From Azolla caroliniana (taxonomy: Eukaryota; Plantae; Polypodiophyta): a stretch of 64,000 nucleotides of DNA. A program made the position numbers and the translations under genes. Shown piece after piece: positions 44,776-55,300 of this stretch. The stretch spans positions 21,266,001 through 21,330,000 of the forward strand of contig JBHGNT010000004.1 in NCBI GenBank assembly GCA_043228905.1. The letters run 5' to 3'. The notes beneath the pieces are model-generated. The model did not search any database. It worked only from the letters and a program-made list of their open reading frames with translations, and had not been told where the DNA came from. Within the stretch, counting starts at the first letter, position 1; every line of letters begins with the position of its first letter.

Positions 44776-46098
44776 ATATGAAAGAGATTCTTTCCTTCGG
44801 GGATATATGATAGAATTAGAATGATACAGAGAAGATAGGCACCTTGCGCACAAATCGAGAAATGGTCCAAATTTTTTGGATTTGTGGGGGAGGGACGGGG
44901 GAGGAGGGAGCACAAGTTTTGCTGAATTTTTTGTCGGTTTTGGTGTTGATCCATTGAGTTGTATATATCAATCCCTTTAAGCTTAGCCCTTATGGATCAT
45001 CCTGCTTGCACTTTGTTGTAGTTTGTTTGCTAACTAATGGGAACTAGTGTATTTTTTTTGGGGAATATATATATATATAAGAAAGAGACTCTTTAATGTT
45101 TTCAATATTTATAAAAGGTCCTCATGATCCTCAATCTTTTTCCAAGGTATTCATATTTCATATTTAGGTGTAAATTAGGCTAGTTAATCTTCAAAACCCC
45201 TAAGTATTCTATGATCGCAGTGAGTGGAGGGGTAGGTGTTGTAAGCATTGAAGTATGAAATTCTCTTAGCCACAAGAGGTTGACACCGCTGAGCTCATTG
45301 TTAGATTAGTATGAGGAAAGGAACCCCCAAAGCCTCACTTTTCTTTAAATGAGTTTGTTAAAATGATGGTGGTGAATACAATTTGGTCAAGATGGCTTGG
45401 TAGCTCTTAAAGTGTTTGATTTGGTTTTTGTTATGTACTTAAAATGGTTTGACTCAATTTGGTTTGGTTTCAAGGCCAACAAATCGAACAAGCCCATTGC
45501 TAATTGCATCATGCTAGTTTTCACGGATGCTTTAACTATGGTAAAACTTCTATGGAATCTTATCACATTCAATTGAATTTGTGTTTAATAGAAGTTCTAT
45601 AGATTGATGGAGGTCTTACCAATATTTGGGCATGATAGTCTTAAAATGTTCGGTTTACACTCTTGTTTGTTTGATTAAGGAGTTCTTTACTTCCTCTTCC
45701 TATAGAGCTTTTGAATTTTTCTTGCTGACTCTCCCTTGCACAAGAGCTGCAAAAGCTTGAGTGTGGCCATTGATTGTCAATCTCAATCCTTAAGAGTGAC
45801 TTTAAGCTTTTCGTTGTAAGTACTTTTGTGCATTTTATTGAGTCTAAAGTGATGGAAGGTATCAAAATGAAGTGTGTTTTGGGCGATATATGTCATTCAT
45901 ATTCTTTTTCCCAAAGCATATAGACTAACTAGTACAATCTTTTAAATATATTTCTCAATTCGATCAAAGTTTATGAGTTATCAATGCTCATTCCTTCTCA
46001 TGTCTCCACAATAGAGTAGGCATTGATCTAGTCTAGGAAGATTGATTTTTGTGCCAGGAAGGAAACCAAATGCTATCAAGAATTGGGCGTGCTTCTTT

Positions 46099-46206
46099 TC
46101 TTTTTCTTTTGAAGATTCACCTTGGTATTAGTGGAAAGATGCCCAAAGGCTACAAAGAACTCATACATGAAAACACAACCATCATATCCACATCAACCAA
46201 CATGTC
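46099..46206 (-). mobile_element. 108-bp LINE 3'-UTR-only insertion with 19-bp TSD
   Basis: Reverse complement matches the L1 3' UTR at about 14630-14725 plus an A tail. Flanks gaattgggcgtgcttcttt (46080-46098) and gaattaggtgtgcttcttt (46207-46225). Confidence 0.8.
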
Positions 46207-46267
46207 GAATTAGGTGTGCTTCTTTGGGTTAAGTCGAATGCATAAGAAGAAAGAGAGATTAGAAGAT

Positions 46268-46733
46268 GTTGAGATATCAAGCTCAACCTAGTTTAGCCAT
46301 TTAGTTAACCACGTAACTTAGTTGTTACCTAGAAAGGATCTAGTTAGTGTGTTGACCTTTTATTAAACCCTTAAATAGGTTCTTATACTTGTACGTAAGT
46401 GGGGATACATTCTAGATCCTCCACTACTAAGTATATTTAATATAGGACTTACATCCTTGTACCTATATTCTACTCACACATGTGCACCTTTACACATGAG
46501 TTGTCTATATATACCTCATTGTGGGTATTTTTGTAACTTGATTTTTATTAATATAGAGAAAGGTCTTTAATTACACTCTTGTTAATCATCCCCCATTTAT
46601 ATTATTGTTCATAAGCGTAACTTCCTCTTTCTCTTCCTCTCACACACATACACACAAATCACATAATCTTCTGTTGCTTTATCAATACTGACATAATTAG
46701 ACCCTAATTAACCCTAGTTAATTACCTAACTAT
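46268..46733 (+). mobile_element. LTR-like segment interrupted by the outer chromovirus
   Basis: Starts tgttgag, has TATA-like ctatatata, polyA-like taatata and a CT/CA tract. No partner or TSD in the window. Confidence 0.4.
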
Positions 46734-47107
46734 TGTCTTGATTCGTGAGTAGGACAGAGAGAGGGGGGGGGGGAGATGAAGATAGAAGGTACAGAGAGAC
46801 AAAAATAAGATAGGAAATGGAAATGAGTTTATGTTATCAAAAAACAAGGTTACAAAGAGTGAGTTAAGGGCTAAAGATTGGTGTTGAACCGAATGAGTTG
46901 TAATGAATCAATAGACACCTATTTATAGGTCCGTATGGAAGATGAAGATAGAAGGTACAAAGGGACAAAAATAAGATAGGAAATGGAAATGAGTTTATAT
47001 TATCAAAAAACAAGGTTACAAAGAGTGAGTTAAGGGCTAAAGACTAGTGTTGAACCGAATGAGTTGTAATGAATCAATAGACACCTATTTATAGGTCCTT
47101 ATGGAGT

Positions 47108-47137
47108 ATTCTAGAATGTTCTAGAATATTCTAGAAT
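47108..47137. promoter_or_regulatory. Perfect heat-shock-element array in LTR U3
   Basis: TTCtaGAAtgTTCtaGAAtaTTCtaGAA is six alternating nGAAn pentamers, immediately upstream of the minus-strand TATAAATA at 47086-47093. Confidence 0.65.
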
Positions 47138-47798
47138 ATTTTAGATATTTATGATATTCAATATAATCATGTAGAATGTTCTAGAATACTCTAAATATCT
47201 TGTAATAACTAATAATATAATTATTAAAATTGTATATCATATATGTTATTATAATGGTAAAAGGTCTAACATATAGACCAAGACATTGTGAATTCGAATC
47301 CTTGTAACCCAAAATGTATCTCTTCATGCCATTATGTCTCTTTTTCGACGACGAGTTCCACGAGTTGGAAGACAAGATTTCAAACTTGGCTTATGGGGAT
47401 ATTTGTTGTGAAATGCAATAATCATGTGAGAGGCATTCACAAGATTCTCGGGAGGCTCCCATGTTCGATCATTAGGTGTATAACCTAACTTGTCAACCAA
47501 ATTATACAGTTTGTTGCGGACAATCTTGGAGACATGAATGACAACAACTTCATATTCAGCGCCATTGGAAACGTCGAGTGGAGGTGGGGGAGATGTAACA
47601 CGGCCCGGAATAGAGCTTGTTGTGCAGGGTTCCAAAAGTGAAACATGGAAGACTAGGTGAAGACGCATATGAGGAGGAAGGTCAAGTTCAAATGCCAGAT
47701 CATTGATCTTACCATAGATCACATATGGGCCGAAATGTTGTGTAAAGAATTGAGAATGATTCTGTGCAGCGGTTGTGTGTGTGTGTGTGTGTGCACGT

Positions 47799-47838
<40 letters not shown>

Positions 47839-49928
47839 CTAGACAAGAAAAAGAGAGAGGGAGAGAGCACTAGACAAGAAACTGTATATTACATCCAACA
47901 ATGACTAAGTTACAAAAGGTTGGTTTCAATACCAACTGATCTAGGGCAAATGCCCTTTCTACTAATTACAAATCAGCCTAGTATGATGTCCACCAGCTTG
48001 TGTGAACACTGTCTCAACACGCCCCTTCGAACACAACTCTCAGATGTCAAAAAGTTGTTTTGGCTCGGTCTAATACTTCGATTCGGTTGAATCGGTTTCG
48101 ACTTCGCTTCTCAATTTCGGTTTTCGACATGGCTTGCGATTCCGATTGTTCGATTGTTCGTGTTCGGTTGTTTGATTGTTTGTTCGTACTTCGACTGCTC
48201 TAGTCGGCCTCGATCGACTAATTGGTTATTGCTCGACATCGGCTGCTATTGTACTCCGCCTCAAGCGTGGGTGGTCAGTGATTGAGAGACCAAGGTTCGT
48301 CGTGAACTGCCGCAACTTGTCGATACCCAGGGCTTTTGTGAATATACTAGCAACCTGGAGGTTCGTGTTGCTATGTTGTAAATCGATATCACCCATTTGA
48401 ACGCGTTCGCGAATAAAGTCAAATTGCACTTCAATGTGTTTAGTCCACGCGTGGAATACCGGGTTCCGAGCGAGGTAGATGTTGCTCATGTTGTCACAGA
48501 AGAGGCGAATTGGATCTTGACAGGAACGCCCAGGTCCTTCAAGATGCATTTGAGTCAGATAGCTTCGCACGCGGCAACTGTTGTGCCTCTGTATTCGGTC
48601 TCCGTGCTTGACATTGCGACTGTCGGCTGTTTCTTGCTGCTCCAGGAGATCGCTAGACTGCTAAAGGAGAAGACGAATCCAAAAGCGGATCGTCTATCGA
48701 CTTTATAACTAGCCCAGCTTGCATCTGTGTACCCTTCGAGTCAAATAAGCATATTCGACTTATACATGATGGCGTAATCCATCGTCGTACTGACATACCG
48801 AAGTATCCTCTTAGCGCAATCGAGATGATCATTTCGTGGGTTCTGCATGAATTGGCTAAGTAGGCCGGCCAAATAGTTAAGATCGGGTCATGTGATGGTT
48901 AGATAGATTAGGCTACCGATCAGTTGTCGATACTGAGTCGGCTCACACTCGGTTGTGCCCGAATCGACATCGAGGTTCAGATTTCCATCGAGAGGGGTAG
49001 ACAAAGGTTTGAACTCGGTCATTCCGAACTTGTAGAGTAAGTTGAGAACGTAATGTCGTTGAGTGATTAATATCCCGATTGGTGTCCGAATTACTTCGAT
49101 ACCAAGGAAGTAATGGAATTTGTGCATATCATTCATTTCGAATTTGCCGGATAGGAATGATTACTAGATCCTTTCCTCTGATTACTAGATCATCCACGTA
49201 CAGGATGATAAAAATTGGGTTGTTCAACTCGTTTCGGATGTTTAGGGAGTTGTCCGATTTCGACATTCGAAAGCCAATTTGAGGAGATACTGAGTAATCT
49301 TCGAATGCCAAGCACCCGACGCTTGCTTAAGGCCGTAGAGTGGCTTCTTTAGTCTACAAACTGCTTTCGGATGATTTTTTTATTCAAATCCGAGTGGTTG
49401 TACCATGTACACCTCCTCTTCTAATTTGCCTAGAAGAAAGGTGTTCTTGACGTCCATTTGGTGGAGATGCTACCCTTTCGCGGCTGCGAGTACAATTACG
49501 GTTCGCACAATCGTCATCTTTGCCACGAGGGCAAAGGTCTCCTTGTAATCGACTCTGTGCATTTGTGCGTATCCTTTTGCGATGAGTCGTGCTTTGAAGC
49601 GATTTACGGAGCCGTCGGCATTGTATTTGACCTTATAGATCCATCTGCAACCAATCGCTTTCCTGTGAGGTGAATGAGGAACAAGATCCCATGTCTCGTT
49701 TTTGCACAAGGCCTGCATTTCTTCATTCATCGTGTCGACCCATCGCGATTCCTTCACGGCTTCGGAAAGTGTTTTCGGCTCTCCAACAGTTGCTACCTTC
49801 ATCATAAAGGCATAATGATACGCCATGTACTCATTGTAACCGAATCGGGTTACCGAGATCTTTTCACGGGTGGACCGGCGTAGCTTCTCGTTCGCGGAGA
49901 CTAATGCTTTCTTCGTACCATTCATCTA

Positions 49929-50233
49929 TGTTGCTTGCACTTCCGCATTGACGGCCTTGTTCCCGAACATATGTTACGAGCATGACCATATAATATCCCG
50001 TGGTGAGAATTTACTGTAGTATTCTATACACGTGGATAAGTGTGAGGGTTAAACGAGAGTGTAAAGAAGGGGAAGATTACTTTTAATCCTCGGGATTGAG
50101 ACAACCCATTAGGCCAAGTGTGAACATGGCTGGGGGCCTTGGGTATCGCTATAAATAAGAGGCCTAGCTACCCTCAGTTCATCATTTGGTAATGTTGGGG
50201 AACAAGGCCGTCAATGCGGAAGTGCAAGCAACA
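49929..50233. mobile_element. 41-bp inverted repeats enclosing one arm of the fold-back family
   Basis: 49929-49969 and 50193-50233 are reverse complements (1 mismatch). 49972-50185 matches the arms of 27463-27946. Confidence 0.75.
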
Positions 50234-50237
50234 TTCA

Positions 50238-50489
50238 TGATGAAGGAGAACTTGTGTATGCGCATCAGCAAGATAGACACACACAGAGGGAGAGAGAGAT
50301 AGGCACAAAGAAAGACAACCAGTATATTCCAAGAGCAACAGTTACAAAGAATGACAACCAACCTTTTCTAAAGGTTACAAAGTCACTTTATATAGTGACT
50401 GTCCTAGGGCAACTACCCTTTATGTTATTTATAGAAATAGCCCAACCTTGGGTTGTCCAAAGGGACAGTGTGAATACGACCATTATACA
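50238..50489 (-). mobile_element. Solo LTR, distantly related to the host copia LTR
   Basis: TG..CA ends. Shares gtatatt, gttacaaa, ctagggcaa.t.ccttt and gtgtgaa.ac landmarks with 47741-48019. TSD unclear. Confidence 0.6.
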
Positions 50490-50819
50490 CTCGTATTCGA
50501 CAATCTGGATGATCGAGATGTCCAGGCCTTTGAACTCACTATCAAGGGAGTGAGTTGACACGTTGTCGATTGGATCTTCATATTCAAACATCTTGGCCTT
50601 CCCTTTGTCGAGTTTCAAACTCGGCCGAGATGTGCTTTGGTCTCTCGGGGGCTCATGTGGTCCACTAAGCCTTGTCGTAATCAGACTGTCATCAAACATG
50701 TGTCCGAGTTGAAATTTGTCTTCTATCTCTCATTAGGCCGGATTTTGGGTCGACTAGAGTAGAAATCAGAGTCGTCTTTGGATCGTACCAGGAATCTACC
50801 GATTCGTTGAAAACGACGT

Positions 50820-51731
50820 TGTCGGAGTAGTTGTGGTTCGTGTGGCGAAGTCATAGGGACTAAGGTTAAAAGGAGTTGGCTATATATTTTATAAGGCTTG
50901 TGCAACAATGTTAGAAAGATTAAGGATAGGAAGAACCAAATTCAGAAGTAATGTGTGAGAGACAGATGAGCATAGATAAGAGATAAGAGATATGATTCAA
51001 GAAATACGATAGAGACAAAGTATGATTTGAGAAGCAAGAGTATATGATATGAACATGATGTATATTAAGAATACAAGATTTTACCAACTTTACAATGCTT
51101 GATTGCAAGAACTTTCTCTACCAAATTCCGACTTGAACCCTCGACTTCCGCTTCAACTTTACAATGCTTTCAATCACAAGACCTTTCTCTGCCAAATTCC
51201 GACTTGAACCCTCGACTTCCACTTCTAAACACAAGATGTTTACCCAATGAGCTACTTCTTCTTCTTCTTTTTATTTTCTAGTTTCCTCTTCCTCTTCCCT
51301 TTTCCCTTTCACTCTTTAAATAGGTGCCTCCATGCATATGATGCATGTGAGGGTACAAGACATGCATGTCGTGCATGAAATGCATGTGATGCATGATTGC
51401 CATTTAGCATTCATGCATTACATGTGATGCATTATAGACATCTCGCTCATTTGAGCTTTCATGTATGAAAATATACATGGAATAAGTATAAACATGAAAA
51501 TATACTTTACAAAAAGTAAAAGACCTAGCTTAATGGTATGTGCCTTGTATTTGGTATGTGAGGTCATGGGTTCAAGTCTATCTAATGTTATTGCACCTTA
51601 AAATAAATAACCCAACCTAGTGGTATGTACTTCGTACTTGGTGTGTGAGGTTATGGGTTCAAGTCTTTCAAATATTACAGAATCCAATATGTAAGTTTAT
51701 TTTTATATTGTGAAGTAAATCCTTCACGATA
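50820..51731 (-). mobile_element. Solo LTR (912 bp) inserted in copia integrase C-terminus
   Basis: Ends TGTCG...CGA(T)A with 4-bp TSD ACGT. Removal restores VSRDVVFNE. Contains an internal ~74-bp duplication, a CATG-rich tract and two tRNA-like modules. Orientation inferred from TATA-like and CT-tract polarity. Confidence 0.75.
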
Positions 51732-52328
51732 ACGTCTCGACTCACTCGAGCTTTTCGGGTAGATGGGTTGTAGCATTTGTACCCCTTATATTCGAGTGAG
51801 TACCCTACGAGGATACATTTCTTTGATTTTGGGTCGAGCTTTTGTCACGTCTCGTCGGGAATATGCACGTAGGCGATTGAGCCGAAAATCCGGACATATG
51901 ATAAATCCGCCTTCTTTCCAAAAAACCTCTCATGAGGGGTTATGTCGTGTACCCCAAAGGTCATACACCTGTTCATGAGATATATGGCCGTGTTTGCCAC
52001 TTCAGCCCAGTATGATTTCGGTAGGTTCTTCTCATTCATCATTTCCTGTGCAACTTTTACTATGTGTCGTTTCTTCCGTTCGGCTACATCATTTTCTTGA
52101 GGTGTATGTCGACATGAGAATTCTCGTCAAATTCCTTCCTTTCGGAGATACACCGTAAATTCGTCCGAGAAATACTCCTTTTCTCCTAATCGAAGGCATC
52201 GTACGTGTCGACATGTGGCTTGTTCGACTTCATTTTTAAACTTTTGGAAGTGTCTGAACACTTTGCTCTTTTGCCGCATAGGGTAGATCTCGGTGTGCTT
52301 GGAGAAGTCGTCGATGAACGTCACATAG

Positions 52329-55300
52329 TGTCAAAACTGAGAGAGAGAGAAAGAGAGAGAAAAAGATATAGAGAGATAATTGAAAGAGAATTATTATATT
52401 GAAGCGTAAAATGGATTACAAAGAGTAGGCTACAAAATGCCGTTGAACCAATTTAGGTTTGGGATGGGTGGTAGATCCCTATTTATAAGTAATAGAGAAC
52501 TCTCTAGAATATTCTAGATTATCCTAGAATGTAGAGTAATCTAGAAGATCTCTAGAGTATTCTAGAAGGTTCTAGTGGTATAGAACACTCTAGAATATTC
52601 TAGGTCATTCTAGAATGTAGAGTAATATAGAATATTCCTATGATATTAGATCTCATATTCTAGAGACTATACATATAAGAATATTAATACAATGGTTAAG
52701 GATTTGACATGTGTACAACAAGGTCGTGGGTTCAAATCCTTTCGAGTCATAATGTGAGTGTCATGATCCTTTCGATGCATGATGTGACTGTTATCATGAC
52801 ACTATCCCCCTTTTTCGACGACACGTCTCACGGGTCATAGGGTTTGTATTAGGACCTGGTTTACAAGGATATTGGCGATGAAATGCATTGACGAGTTCTG
52901 CAGCATTAGAAAGATTTGTGGCAGGTTCCCAAGTTCGATCATTGGGGGTATAGCCTAGCCAATTGACTAAGTAATACAACTTGTTGCGCACGATTTTAGA
53001 ATCGAGAACGACAACAACTTCAAATTCAGGCCCGTCCAAGAACTCGACAGGTGGGGGGGGTGTCGTAAGACGGCCCGGAATTGAACTTGTAGTATAAGGT
53101 TCCAAAAGGGATACATGAAACACCGGATGAAGATGCATGTGCGGAGGGAGGTCAAGACGAAATGCAACATCACTTATCTTACCAGTGATCATGTAAGGGC
53201 CAAAACGTTGGTAATCCAATTTACTGCAAGGTCGAGTGGTCTTGATGTTGTGTTGGAGAAGCCATACATGATCCCCAATGCGGAACTTTTTTGAGGAGTC
53301 TAGACGATGACGATCGACAAGCCTCTTGTGTGTAAATTGAGCATCGTGCAAATTGTGGAGAATGTTAGCTTGAATTTCTTGGAGGCGACTAAGATGATCC
53401 TCAGCAGCAGGGTTGGTAGGAACTTCTGGATGCGCATTCATCGTCCACTGAGGATGACAGCCCGTATTTGCGAAAAATGGGGAATATCCTGTAGAAGAAT
53501 GGGTTGAGTTGTTGTAAGCGAATTCCGCCAAGTGCAAAAAAGCAACCCAATCATCTTGTTGATAGTTGATGAAACAACGAAGATATTGTTCCAATGTCTG
53601 GTTGGTGCGCTCTGTTTGGCCATTTGTTTCAGGATGATAGCCCGAAGAAAGCTTAACTGAAATGTGGAGAAGTTTGAACAGGTGCTTCCAAAACTTTGAG
53701 ATGAATTGTGGACCACGATCACTAATAATATCATCCGGCAGACCATGATGCTTAAATACCTCCCGCATAACGAGATCAGCCGTCTCTTGACTAGTAATCG
53801 ACTTTGTACATGGCAAGAAATGTGCCATTTTGGTAAATCGATCAACCACTGTGAGAATTGCATCAAAACCTTTTGAAACTGGGAGATCAGTAATGAAGTC
53901 CAAGGATATAGACTTCCAAGGTGTTTTCGGAATGGGAAGTGGTTGTAGTAAGCCATAGGGTCGGTGATGGGGATTCTTTGATCGACAACATATATCACAA
54001 CTCCGAACATACTCAACAAAATGACGAAGGCAAGGCCACCAATAGCGTCGAGAAATTAATTCTAGAGTCTTGTGAACTCCAAAATGACCAGCCATTGGTG
54101 ATTCATGGCAATGTTGCAAAACTTGTAGCCATGGGGGACCATCAGGAACATACAATAAATTTTGTCGAAATAGAAAACCATCATGCCAATAGAACTGACA
54201 ATAGTCATTACGAGGATTTTTCGACTGTGAGCAAGAAGCACGATCCGGGACGATATGATCCAAAACATCCTTGGCGAAATCATCAGTGGCCATATGATCT
54301 CGAATGGAATCAAGAAGAGTGGAATTTTCAAGAGTTGTTATGGCGTTAACTACCATTAATCGTAATCGATTAGGACCCAAAAGGATTTGTTTTTGATGCT
54401 CAAATGCAGGTTCCCCTGGACGAAGTTCCATATAAGAGCGCCGAGAAAGAGCATATGCTTCTCCTTGCTGCATCCCAGGGCAATATATGATGATAAAGTC
54501 GAAGTGAGTCAAAAATTGCGCCCATCGGGCTTGTCGCTGACTCAAGACTCGAGCATTTTAGAAATAAGTCAGGTTCTTATGATCATTGTAGACAATGATC
54601 TGCTGAGAAGAACCTTCTAGGAAATGTCGCCATTGAAACGAATCCACGATTGCAAGAAGCTCTTTGTCATGGATCTCGTAGTTGATCTCTGCAGCTTCAA
54701 ACTTTCGTGAATGAAAGGCGACAGGGTGTAGTTGTTCATCATCTCCAGTCTGCGAGAGGACACTCCCTAGTGCAAAATCGGATGCATCGGCTTCGAGGAT
54801 GAAGCGTTTTGTTGGGTCGACATGTGCTAAGATAGGTGCCGTTGTAAATGCTCATTTTAAGCTTTCGAATGCCTCGGATGCATCTGAACTCCATATAAAT
54901 GGTTGATCTTTATGTGTGAGTTGAGTAAGCGGAAGCACAACCTTGGAATAATCTTTAATAAATTTTCGATAAAAATTTGCAAACCCGAGAAAACATTGCA
55001 CATCACGCACTGAAAGGGGTGATTGCCACTCTAAAATTCCTTGTACCTTCATGGGGTCCATAGCAATACCATTTGACGATACAACATACCCCAAAAATTC
55101 CACTTGATTCTGGCCGAAACTACACTTTTCTAATTTTGCGTAGAGACCATATTCTCGGAGTCGGCGCAGTACTTGACGAACATGTGCATCATGCTCCTCT
55201 TGGGTCTTTGAGTAGATTAAAATATCATCTAGGTAAACTATAGTGAAGATATCAAGAAAATCTTGAAAAATATTGTTCGCCATATGTTGGAAAACAGCAG

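Noticed and set aside
51526-52747. Calling the LTR tRNA-like modules functional tRNA genes
   Set aside because: Acceptor stems are missing and arms are mismatched; reported only as A/B-box modules.
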